DNA of 64,000 bases from the NCBI GenBank assembly GCA_963666345.1, contig OY762721.1, positions 3,104,001-3,168,000 of the forward strand, given 5' to 3'. Made by a program: the position numbers and the translations under genes. The notes below the pieces were generated by a model. That model searched no databases. It was not told the DNA's origin and was given only the letters and a program-made list of their open reading frames with translations. This DNA is from Desulfatiglandales bacterium. Lineage in GTDB: Bacteria > Desulfobacterota > DSM-4660 > Desulfatiglandales > Desulfatiglandaceae. Position 1 is the stretch's first letter; every line of letters starts with the position of its first letter. Of the stretch, positions 7,293 through 16,687 are shown one piece after another.

Positions 7293-10200
7293 ATGAAGAC
7301 AAGTAGTATTGATTCAACAAAAATCGACGGCAATCGAAGCATCAGGCAAGGTGGAACATTTATCCGGGCAATTACATGCTTAATGCTCCCGGTAATCATC
7401 TCTATTCTGTTGATGGGCCTTCCTTCGGTCGGGCATGGAACCGAGGATCCCCTGACACCTGAGGAAAGAGCCTGGCTGAAGCAGCATGACGAGAAGATTA
7501 TTGTAAATAATGAAGCAGGCTGGCCGCCGATTATAGATAGGGATAACGATGGCAATTCGTTTGGAATTGTTATGGATTATCAAAGATTGATTGAAAAGAA
7601 GCTTAATTTTAAGTTCAAAATGGACAAGTTGGACAGCTGGAAAAACTTTATGGAGAGGTTTCGTAAAGGAGAAATTGACGTAAATAATAATCTTCAAAAA
7701 TCTCCTAAGCGAACTGAATATGCACTTTTTACAAAGCCCTATATAGAGATTCCAAATGCCATCATCGTCAGAAAAGAAAATAAAAGCGTTCTCACCTTAG
7801 AAAAGATGCGTGAAATGAAAATCGCGGTTACCAATGACTTTGCCATTCATGGCTACATCAAAAACAATTATGATTATTTACAACTCATACCGCTTGATGA
7901 TGATCTCAGTTGTTTGCTTGAAACCTCCACCAAAAACGTAGATGCAGCGGTCGTGAATCTGGCTGTTGCATCATTTATTATAGAAAAGATGGGGATAGCC
8001 AACCTTCGCGTCGCAGGATATGCCGAGTATACAAATGCGCTCTGTTTTGCGTCAAGAAAGGATTGGCCGATCCTGAACCGGATACTGGATAAGGGACTTA
8101 ACCTCATCAGCCAGGCAGAAAGGAAAGCCATTTACAGAAAGTGGATCTCTTTGAGATATATACCTTTTTACAAAACCCGTAATTTCTGGATCGTTTCCTG
8201 TAGCGTAGCCGCGGCAGTTATAGCAATTATCATTATGATACTTGTTTGGAATCGAAGTCTGAAAAGGCAAATTGAGTTACGAACAGAGAAACTTGAAACA
8301 ATCAATGTTCAATTGAAAAATGAGATAGATGATCGCAAGAAGGCGGAAGAGTCACTAAAGGAGAGTAAAGATAATTATCGCATTTTGTTCGATAATGCCC
8401 CCGACTTAATTATCGTAATCAATACTGAAGGAATTTTTCTTGATTTAAATAAAAAGTTTGAGCAAGAAAGCGGTTACAGCCGAGAGGAGATGATAGGGAA
8501 AAGTGTCTTCACAAGCGGGATATTAACAGAATCATCTGTTAATTTATCAATACCTTACTTTGAAAAGCTTCTTGCGGGGGGGAAACGGGCCTTACTTGAA
8601 ATTGAAGGTGTGACAAAAGGTGGCAGTAAAGTTCCTTATGAGCTAATGGCGGTTCCTATTAAGAAAGATGGTAAGATAGTGGCAGCTCAGGCGACACTGA
8701 GGAATATGACCGATCGCAAGCAGGCGGAGGAGGAAAAAGATAAGCTGCAGGAGCAGCTGTCCAGTGCTGTGGAAATGGCCCGTCTGGGCCATTGGGAGTA
8801 CGACGTCGCCAAGGACCTCTTCACGTTCAATGACCATTTCTACAAAATATTTCGCACCACAGCCAGGCAAGTCGGAGGGTATACGATGTCATCGGCTGAA
8901 TACGCCCGTCGATTTGTCCATCCTGACGATATGACTGTTGTCGAAGAAGAAAATCGAAAAGCTATTGAAGCAACCGATCCCAACTTTAGCCGACAACTGG
9001 AACACCGAATGGTTTATGCCGATGGGACGGTCGGCCATATCACCGTTCGGTTTTTCATCATCAAGGACGCCCACGGTAGGACGGTCAAGACCTATGGCGT
9101 GAATCAAGATATTACCGAGCGCAGGAGGACGGAGGAGGCGTTACGGAAGAGCGAGGAGAAATACCGGAATATTCTTGAAAACATTGAAGATGGCTATTAT
9201 GAAGTAGACATTGCTGGAAACTTTACTTTTTTTAACAAATCAATGTGCAAGATCCTTGGATATTCAGCCGATGAGTTAATGGGCAAGAATAATCGTGAGT
9301 ACACGGATGGAGAAAATGCAAAAAAGATTTTTCAGGCCTTTCATGACGTGTATCAAACAGGAATAGCCACCAAGGCACTTGATTGGAAACTTATCAGAAA
9401 AGATGGTTCCGAGTGTTTTGTCGAAACGGTGGTGTCTCTTGTAACGGATTTAAATAACAACAAAGTGGGATTTAGGGGAATCGCCAGAGATGTCAGTGAA
9501 CGCAAGTCTATCGAAGCACAGCTTCACCAAGCACGAAAAATGGAGTCAATCGGCACCCTGACAGGCGGCATCGCCCATGATTTTAATAACATTATGGGTA
9601 TTATTGTTGGAAACACGGAACTGGCTTTAGATGATGTCCCGGAGTGGAACCCGGTTCATTCCAACCTTGAAGAGATCAAAACAGCCAGCCTAAGGGCAAC
9701 AAATATAGTAAGGCAACTTCTCAGCTTCAGCCGCAAGACCGACCAGAAACTGCAACCCATGGAAATTGCCTTAGTCATTAAAGATGCACTCAGATTTTTG
9801 CGATCAACGATTCCAACCTCCATAGACATTCAGCAGGATATTCGAGCCACGGATGAAGCTATTCTTGCAGAGCCAACCCAGATCAACCAGATCATGATGA
9901 ACCTGTGCATCAACGCTTCCCATGCCATGGAAAAAACCGGCGGAAATATTGCAGTCAATGTGGAAAAGGTGATTCTGGACGATAGTTCGGCCAAAGACTA
10001 TCCAGATTTGAGAAGCGGCAAACATGTCAAGGTAACGGTAAGCGATACAGGCCCGGGAATAGACCCTGCAATCATCGACCGAATCTTTGACCCCTATTTT
10101 ACCACCAAGGAAGTGGGAAAAGGCTCAGGCATGGGCCTTGCTATGGTGCAAGGCATTGTCAAGAACCTTAGCGGAGCGATTTTGGTTGACAGTAGGCCCG

Positions 10201-10658
10201 GCCAAGGCACTACTTTTACGATGCTTTTTCCACTGATTGAAGGAAAAACAGCGGTTGAAACAGAAACAATACAGGTGCTTCCCAGGGGAAGTGAAACCAT
10301 ACTATTCGTGGATGATGAACTGTCGATTGTAAAGATGGTGCGGAAAATGCTCGAGCGCCTGGGATACAAAGTCGAAACCTCCATGACGCCGCAAGATGCT
10401 TTGGAACGGTTTCGCCTGAATTCCGATCAGTTTGATTTAGTCATTACTGATATGACTATGCCGCAGATGACCGGTGTTAAGCTGTCTGAAAAGATAATGG
10501 AAATCCGAGAAGATATCCCAATCATCATCTGCACGGGGCATAGTGCCCTTGTCGATGAAGAAAAGGCGAAAGAATTAGGTTTAGCCGCCTATATCATGAA
10601 ACCAATAAACATGTCAGTAATCGCGCAGACCATTCGGAAGGTGTTTGACAAAAAATAA
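7293..10658 (+). CDS. Hybrid sensor histidine kinase: periplasmic binding domain, TM, three PAS, HisKA, HATPase, receiver
   Basis: LTPEERAWL..WPP; GGIAHDFNN H-box; FTTKEVGKGSGMGL; ILFVDDE, ITDMTMP; exact start uncertain. Confidence 0.93.
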   Translation: MKTSSIDSTKIDGNRSIRQGGTFIRAITCLMLPVIISILLMGLPSVGHGTEDPLTPEERAWLKQHDEKIIVNNEAGWPPIIDRDNDGNSFGIVMDYQRLIEKKLNFKFKMDKLDSWKNFMERFRKGEIDVNNNLQKSPKRTEYALFTKPYIEIPNAIIVRKENKSVLTLEKMREMKIAVTNDFAIHGYIKNNYDYLQLIPLDDDLSCLLETSTKNVDAAVVNLAVASFIIEKMGIANLRVAGYAEYTNALCFASRKDWPILNRILDKGLNLISQAERKAIYRKWISLRYIPFYKTRNFWIVSCSVAAAVIAIIIMILVWNRSLKRQIELRTEKLETINVQLKNEIDDRKKAEESLKESKDNYRILFDNAPDLIIVINTEGIFLDLNKKFEQESGYSREEMIGKSVFTSGILTESSVNLSIPYFEKLLAGGKRALLEIEGVTKGGSKVPYELMAVPIKKDGKIVAAQATLRNMTDRKQAEEEKDKLQEQLSSAVEMARLGHWEYDVAKDLFTFNDHFYKIFRTTARQVGGYTMSSAEYARRFVHPDDMTVVEEENRKAIEATDPNFSRQLEHRMVYADGTVGHITVRFFIIKDAHGRTVKTYGVNQDITERRRTEEALRKSEEKYRNILENIEDGYYEVDIAGNFTFFNKSMCKILGYSADELMGKNNREYTDGENAKKIFQAFHDVYQTGIATKALDWKLIRKDGSECFVETVVSLVTDLNNNKVGFRGIARDVSERKSIEAQLHQARKMESIGTLTGGIAHDFNNIMGIIVGNTELALDDVPEWNPVHSNLEEIKTASLRATNIVRQLLSFSRKTDQKLQPMEIALVIKDALRFLRSTIPTSIDIQQDIRATDEAILAEPTQINQIMMNLCINASHAMEKTGGNIAVNVEKVILDDSSAKDYPDLRSGKHVKVTVSDTGPGIDPAIIDRIFDPYFTTKEVGKGSGMGLAMVQGIVKNLSGAILVDSRPGQGTTFTMLFPLIEGKTAVETETIQVLPRGSETILFVDDELSIVKMVRKMLERLGYKVETSMTPQDALERFRLNSDQFDLVITDMTMPQMTGVKLSEKIMEIREDIPIIICTGHSALVDEEKAKELGLAAYIMKPINMSVIAQTIRKVFDKK

Positions 10659-10718
10659 TTCCGCGTCAATGATTATCCCTGTACGTAATAAAATAGAGAT
10701 TGACTCTTGAGTGTCTAA

Positions 10719-11138
10719 GGGTCGTCATCCGCCTGCTTTTATTGGTAAACCTTAAGAAAGGGGCAGATATGACCCGAGAGATGATAAGACCATGGCATGA
10801 AGGTTTCCCCCCCCAGGACTTTGTCAAAGGCTTCAAACCCATCCCCTTTATATAGACCTTAAACCCGCTTAGGTCCGTGGTGACGGCAAGAGCAAAAAGG
10901 CATTTGAGATGAAAAGCGGATCGATGTTGTTGGGAGCACGTGTTTTTAGAGATGTCGAATTCGCTTTTGCTTGGAGCCGCAGTCGGCAGAAAGGTCAGGC
11001 AATCCGGAGACGGCTATGAGCTTCGAGAGTCCGTAAATCCCTCGTCAATTTTGAGGCTGAAAACGGCGATACAGGCCTTGTGAAAACAGGTATTTTTGGA
11101 ATGATTATCATGTGTAATTACCAGGTTATCGCGACCCC
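10719..11138 (+). mobile_element. GGGTC...GACCCC mini-element, copy 3
   Basis: 10879-11138 aligns by eye with 6055-6317; start codon reads ACG here; ends GCGACCCC. Confidence 0.65.
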
Positions 11139-11140
11139 AA

Positions 11141-11159
11141 GTCTCCACCCTATCCTGAT
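11141..11159 (+). mobile_element. Very short group II intron 3'-end remnant
   Basis: CTCCACCCTATCCTGAT resembles CTCCTCCCTATCCCGAT at 3643-3659. Confidence 0.55.
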
Positions 11160-11230
11160 TGGCCTAACTTAATCGGTGACCACATCGCTCAAAATGGCTA
11201 TACTTAGGCTATACATTAGGAGGTGATCAA

Positions 11231-11428
11231 ATGCTTACAAAAATTCAGAAATGGGGAAATATCCAAGGTCTTCGTCTTCCCAAAAATTTGCTCAATGACG
11301 TACAGCTTGGGGTCGGTGATGATGTGGATATCAGTGTAAAAGACGGTGTAATTATTGTCACACCAGCCAAAATGGTCCGTGGCTTCTTATGTCCCAAACC
11401 AAGGGGATATTATCGCATTCACCTTTGA
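11231..11428 (+). pseudogene. mazE: MazE/AbrB-type antitoxin lacking its C-terminal half
   Basis: KIQKWGNIQGLRLPK AbrB fold; after PAKMVRG the frame runs directly into mazF sequence. Confidence 0.75.
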
Positions 11429-11717
11429 TCCCCAATCCGGTCACGAACAAAAAGGGCGACGTCCTGCTTTAGTTGTCAGTAAGGAGCTGTTCAATCGAAG
11501 TACCGGTTTAGCTATTGTGTGTCCTATTACAAATACACAGTGTGGTTTTCCATTTCATGTCCCTATACCAAAGGACAGCAGGCTAACAGGTTTCATTATG
11601 GTTGAGCAAATTAAATCAGTTGATTTTAGAGCCCGGCGTGCCAAACGAATTGAGCAGCACAGCAATGATGAATTGCTTTCTGAAGTCCTGTCTATACTGG
11701 ATGCCTGCATTTATTAG
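11379..11717 (+). CDS. mazF: MazF/PemK endoribonuclease toxin
   Basis: GDII..FDPQSGHEQKGRRPALVVS, VCPIT, EQIKSVDF; GTG start with no clear RBS. Confidence 0.88.
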   Translation: MASYVPNQGDIIAFTFDPQSGHEQKGRRPALVVSKELFNRSTGLAIVCPITNTQCGFPFHVPIPKDSRLTGFIMVEQIKSVDFRARRAKRIEQHSNDELLSEVLSILDACIY

Positions 11718-11719
11718 GC

Positions 11720-11794
11720 GGCCAACCTAAGGGTCAACAAGGACCAGCTTTTCCGGCTTGCTTCAAATCCGGCCTGTTACCCAGGCAGTGTGCC
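11720..11794 (+). other. Degenerate attC-like site closing the mazEF cassette
   Basis: R'' GGCCAAC; GGGT(C)AACAAGGACC pairs with GGCCTGTTACCC; R' degenerate GTGTGCC. Confidence 0.6.
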
Positions 11795-11852
11795 GGGCAT
11801 TGCACGTAGCTAGTGAGGTGCTCCATGCCGAAAGACTGGGAAACGGATATTA

Positions 11853-12050
11853 TCATCTTCCCCCGGTCGGAAAGGCCATCTCGTCGCACCTCCAGCAACC
11901 CTGCTCCCTGAAGTCTTTTTCAGGGTCGATACCCTTATCACAAAGCCATCCATATCCGTCCCTGTCCTTGAAAAACTTCAATGGCCGCGCCGGTTTGTGG
12001 GTATCGGTTGTAATCTTTTCTCTATCGTCATAATAAGTTTCCTCTGCCAT
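11853..12050 (-). CDS. Small hypothetical protein with WLCD and CWRC motifs
   Basis: AAGGAG RBS and sigma-54 promoter upstream. Confidence 0.7.
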   Translation of the reverse strand: MAEETYYDDREKITTDTHKPARPLKFFKDRDGYGWLCDKGIDPEKDFREQGCWRCDEMAFPTGGR

Positions 12051-12110
12051 GGTAATCTCCTTTATTGTCTGGGGTTGAGGTTGAATCACGCCCTGTTCAT
12101 TTTATATATG

Positions 12111-12270
12111 AGCACAATCCGTGCCAGGGAAACGGATTCGGCTGAACAATAAATTGTCCCGGTATTTCAGGAAGATATGATGCCAAAAGGCAGGGGATAA
12201 GAAAGGGGGAAACAATCGTTAAATGCAACTTCGCTACCTGTTACGGATTTACCGGTTGCAATACTGCTTC
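12111..12270 (-). promoter_or_regulatory. sigma-54 promoter with paired upstream activator sites
   Basis: TGGCACGGATTGTGCT (minus, 12126-12111); ATGCAACTTCGCTAC (12223-12237) and TTGCAATACTGCTTC (12256-12270). Confidence 0.75.
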
Positions 12271-12271
12271 C

Positions 12272-13660
12272 TTATTTTGCCCTGTTGGAACTGCCCACCT
12301 GTTCAGGCGGCCTGATGTCGAGCTTTTTCATCTTGCGGAACAGCGTTGTCTTGTGGATTTTCAGCTCTTTGGAGGTGGCGAGTCGATTCCATTTATTCTT
12401 TGTAAGAACTGATATGATGAACTGCTTTTCCACTTCAGCCAGGCTGGAAGCGGTGCCCATATTTTCTGTCCGGGGTCGCAGCGATTCGGGTAAGTGCCTG
12501 ACCCGGATTAAATTGCCGGGGCACAGGACGCAGCCATGTTCAATGATGTTTTCCAGCTCCCTGACGTTTCCGGGGTAATCATGGCTCATCAGTATGGTTA
12601 AGGCATCAGGGGAAATACCGTTGATATCTTTGTCGTGAAGGGCTGAAAATCGCCCGATGAAGTGATTTACGAGTAACGGCACATCTTCCATCCGTTCACG
12701 AAGCGGTGGAATTTCCAGCTTGATTACATTAATCCTGTAATAGAGGTCCTGCCGAAATGTCTTTTTGGCAACCATCAATTCCAAGTCACGGTTTGTTGCA
12801 GTGACAATTCGAACATCGGCCTTCACGGAACGAACACCACCCAGGGGTTCATATGTTTTTTCCTGAAGTACGCGGAGGAGCTTTATCTGAAGGAGCGACG
12901 GGAGGTCCCCGACCTCGTCAAGGAACAGCGTGCCCCCTTCGGCCAGGGCGAAACGTCCAGGCTTGGCCTTGACGGCACCGGTGAAGGCGCCAGCCTCGTA
13001 CCCGAAAAGCTCCGACTCTATAAGCGTTTCCGGAAAACCGCCGCAGTTTATGGCGACAAACCGTCTTTTACTACGTCTACTGAGGTTGTGAAGGGCACGG
13101 GCGAAAACCTCCTTGCCCGTTCCACTTTCACCCGTTATCAAGACGTTGCTCTCATTCAGGGCTATGGTAGGCAGGATGTCCAGGATCTGTTTGATTTTGT
13201 TGTTTTTGCTGATAATATCTTCAAAGGTATATGTCTTTTCTATTTCTTTTCGCAGCTCTTCAACGTGTCTCAGATCCCGGAAACTCTCCACCCCACCGAT
13301 CAGTCTGCCTTGTCTGTCTCTGAAAAGCGCCGTGGAAACGCTTATCGGGATCTGCGCCCCCTGTCTATTGGTGAGGTACACCGTAAGGTTTACGACCGGT
13401 CTGCCGGTTTCTATCGTATACTGTATGGCACAGGCATCTCTGCAGATGTTTGATTTAAAAACCTCATAGCAGCGGCGCCCCAGCGCCTCCGAGCGCGGTA
13501 TGCCTGTGATTTTCTCTGCAGCGCGGTTAAAGCAGGTAATACGCCACTCACGATCCACAGTAAAAACTCCCTCGCTTATACTGTGAATTACCGCCTCAAA
13601 ACGCTCAGGCGACGGCTCGCCCAGAAAAGCCGCTGAATTGAGTCTGTCCTTTTCCGTCAT
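12272..13660 (-). CDS. PAS-domain sigma-54 enhancer-binding protein with Fis-type HTH
   Basis: GESGTGKE, GAFTGA, LFLDEVG, YPGNVRELEN; N-terminal PAS. Confidence 0.95.
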   Translation of the reverse strand: MTEKDRLNSAAFLGEPSPERFEAVIHSISEGVFTVDREWRITCFNRAAEKITGIPRSEALGRRCYEVFKSNICRDACAIQYTIETGRPVVNLTVYLTNRQGAQIPISVSTALFRDRQGRLIGGVESFRDLRHVEELRKEIEKTYTFEDIISKNNKIKQILDILPTIALNESNVLITGESGTGKEVFARALHNLSRRSKRRFVAINCGGFPETLIESELFGYEAGAFTGAVKAKPGRFALAEGGTLFLDEVGDLPSLLQIKLLRVLQEKTYEPLGGVRSVKADVRIVTATNRDLELMVAKKTFRQDLYYRINVIKLEIPPLRERMEDVPLLVNHFIGRFSALHDKDINGISPDALTILMSHDYPGNVRELENIIEHGCVLCPGNLIRVRHLPESLRPRTENMGTASSLAEVEKQFIISVLTKNKWNRLATSKELKIHKTTLFRKMKKLDIRPPEQVGSSNRAK

Positions 13661-13765
13661 TTTTCCCTTTCACATTCCACCGTCTGCGGCTGACCGAGAG
13701 CAATACCGTGTGGTTGCCGGAACGACTTGCGTCGTAAAACCAGGGGTGGAAGGCGCCCTTTCAAT

Positions 13766-15640
13766 CTAAGGAGTGGCATTATATGAGTGTCCCCTGGTCA
13801 ATGTCTCCATCCGCTTTTTTGAATATCCCAGGATTTCCCAGGCCTCTTTGTAGACCGGCCTTCCGTCCCTGTTAAAGGGATCAATAAGGATTTTTCGATT
13901 AAAAAAGGGAGAAGGCTTTAAGTGGCAGTCTTTACACCCTTTGGATCCGAGGGCAAATTTGCCGCTGACCACATTATGGCTGAGATCAAAGGGTTCGCAG
14001 CATTTGAACCCCCCGTCGCGCGTAGGCATTAGAGCCTTGTTCAATTGATTGTGATCGAGATAATATATCATGCCGCCCTTTACCAGAACAGGCGAGTGGT
14101 ACACGATCCGGCACCCGAATCTGTCCTTGCCCTCTGATATGGCCTTGAGGTATGTCGTTATTTCTTCCGCAGTGTTTACCTGTTTTGATCCGTTTAGCGC
14201 CTCCAAAAGGGCATAGTTGGTGATGGAAAAATTGTTCTTGGGTCCGGCTCCGGTGAAGTCCCTGATTCTCCACAGGACAATGGGGATAACACGATGAGAA
14301 GACCTGTCCCAATCTCCCCACCATACGACCTGCATAGGGTCAACCGGCTTGATCTTTCCTTTGTATTTTACAAACGCGGGGCACCAGCTGCTTTTCGGAA
14401 ACCTTCGGCAGGATTGAGCGGGATTCAGGGGATCATTAGATAAAAAATCCGAGGTCAGGTATCGGATACTGTGTCCTGTTGTCGCGTTGTCCATTACTGA
14501 AGTGGCTGCGTTGATTTTGTACGGGATATGACATGTTTCACAAGATATTTTATCGATATGCAGATCCGGGAATTTATGATCAGGTCTCGGCGCACGGCTG
14601 TCCGCTCCCTTTAAATGACAATCCGCACAGCCCTTCATGCTCACATCAATATCATCCCTTACGGACCCGACCAGTATGTCACCCTTGGCAATTTCATGAT
14701 TTTCACCGCCGCTGTGACAGTATGTGCATGATAGATTTTTTGCCTTGTGGACGTCTGTTGCGGCATCCCAGCTTCTGCCTCTTTTCATGCCGTCAGGCAT
14801 GACATGACAATTCCAGCAGTTTTCGTCAGGGACCTCTCCGGTTATGGATGCGGCAAGATCCGCCGGGTCGGCGACCCCCGTCTTTGTGTAATCAAGGCCG
14901 AATGAAAGGGCTTTAGCAGGCAGTGAAGGAAGGGCCGGTTTAGACGCCTTGAGATCGCGATACCATCCGGCCCCCACCATGGGTGCCTCGTAAAAAAATC
15001 CTCCTCTAAGGGCGAGCGTCCGTGCTTTCCAGTCATACCCTTTGAGGTGGCAGCTCAGGCAATCAGCCTCAATCACGCCGCTTTTTGTCCAATTTGATTG
15101 ATAATAGTCACCGTCAAGATAATTATCGCCTCTGGGTATGATATTATTGGCGGGGTCTCTTGCGAATTCATCGTAGCGATTTCCCTTGCGGTCATACTCG
15201 CCTGGCCCACCTCCCGGATGGCAGACGCCGCAGGTCTTTGCCCAAAAATACGATGACTTGTCAATGTCACAGCGCCTCATGTTTACCTTCCTTGCCAACT
15301 GGCTGGAATCCGAAGAGGGGGGTCACCACTTGCCGTACATGCCGCGTGAAATCAGCCAGGGGTTTTTGGAGTCCATGTCGTCCCTGACGATTATATTGCC
15401 CGCAGCATCGGTTCGACCATGTTGAAAGTGATAGGCGTTGGTTATGGCGTCATAATCATGACATTCCCCGCATGTGTTTTTGGGGCTGTAAGGGATGTTG
15501 CTCTCAAGCGGTATTTCATTTCCATCGTAATCCATCAGTATGACTTCCGGATGGGGTGCCTTCTCAGAAGCCTCGGAAACGGGAAACAAAAAGGGCATCA
15601 ATAACGTCCACAAAATAAAAAGAAAGCCAGATTTTCGCAT
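13766..15640 (-). CDS. Exported octaheme cytochrome c with in-frame TGA (probable selenocysteine 106), 624 aa
   Basis: ORFs 15323-15640 and 13766-15298 are in the same frame, joined by GMYGKW-TGA-PPSSDSSQLARK; signal peptide; eight CxxCH motifs. Confidence 0.8.
15288..15325 (-). promoter_or_regulatory. Putative bacterial SECIS hairpin
   Basis: After UGA: UUCC-A-GCC-AGUU-GGC-AA-GGAA; apical loop starts 22 nt downstream with G in position 2. Confidence 0.5.
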
Positions 15641-15808
15641 GGGGAGACTCCTTTCACAGTTGGTTTAAACCGGTTTTCCTTTTATCGTACAGGTCCGGTG
15701 CCGTGAAATAAAAAAAGAAACCGCTATGGATCGGAAGATATATAAGGCTTCAATCCCGCAAATGATAAAGCCGCCCTTTCTCCGGTTCGGTGTTCGATCC
15801 TTCGGAAT

Positions 15809-16465
15809 TTATCTCCTGTGTAATTGCTCTGCCTGATCCAGAAGAAGGGACTTGAAATGATCAAGCTTTACGGGATATCCCTGGATCGGAATCCCCATCC
15901 AATCGGAGTACTCCAGGAATTTCTCCGGGTTTTTAGCCATATACTTTTCAACATATCCGATTGCATCAAGTACGATCGCACCTCCCGTATGCCGGGGAAA
16001 ATTTTCATTGGCAAGCCCCTTGTCCCAACCTTTGAAGACATTGTGCCTGAATTTGATCCAGCCGGGCGTCATCCACCAGATTTTTTCATCGCCTGCCACC
16101 TCCCGAGCGATTTGTTCACGTTCCGCTTCACCGGCGATCATATCCATGCAGTGTGTCGCCTCAATTCTCGCCACACCCGGGCCTTGCTCTTCAATGACTT
16201 TGCGCATGGTGCGAGCGGGCTCCTTGGCGTTGACGTAACAGAACTTGCCCCCGTATACTACGAGGACCTTGTCCACCTTTTCCTTTGCCTTGTTGATTTG
16301 CTCAATGAGTTGATGTTCCAGTTCAGGGACATCTTCATGGAGCCCGGGCGTTGTGAAAAACAGATGATGAGTATCCAGAAAGCCTTCCTCCTTTAAATGG
16401 TTCAGTTCCATAATCAAAGTGCCGCACGAGACCACCGCAATATCAGAAAAGGACACCTGGTTCAT
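15809..16465 (-). CDS. DUF1638-like protein
   Basis: VVSCG, PGLH, VVYGGKFC, THCMDM, WWMTPGW, IVLD pattern; AAGGAGG RBS. Confidence 0.75.
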   Translation of the reverse strand: MNQVSFSDIAVVSCGTLIMELNHLKEEGFLDTHHLFFTTPGLHEDVPELEHQLIEQINKAKEKVDKVLVVYGGKFCYVNAKEPARTMRKVIEEQGPGVARIEATHCMDMIAGEAEREQIAREVAGDEKIWWMTPGWIKFRHNVFKGWDKGLANENFPRHTGGAIVLDAIGYVEKYMAKNPEKFLEYSDWMGIPIQGYPVKLDHFKSLLLDQAEQLHRR

Positions 16466-16527
16466 TTCCATACCTCCTTTCAGGTTGAGGATTGGATAAT
16501 CCTTACCTAATTCCCTGTTCATATATA

Positions 16528-16687
16528 GGCACAATCCATGCCAATGAAAACAGGCCGGTCTATCCGAGAGATTATCGCAGGTATTTCAGCATTATACAAA
16601 CGCCTGCGATGAAAACTTAAAATGGGGGAAAGCAAAGGGATGCAATATTGCTACCTTTTAGCCTGCCTACGATTGCAATATCGCAAC
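16528..16687 (-). promoter_or_regulatory. sigma-54 promoter with paired upstream activator sites
   Basis: TGGCATGGATTGTGCC (minus, 16543-16528); ATGCAATATTGCTAC (16640-16654) and TTGCAATATCGCAAC (16673-16687). Confidence 0.75.

Noticed and set aside
13766..15640. Two separate cytochrome genes as listed in the ORF track
   Set aside because: Same frame, a single TGA between them, and no RBS or signal peptide for the second
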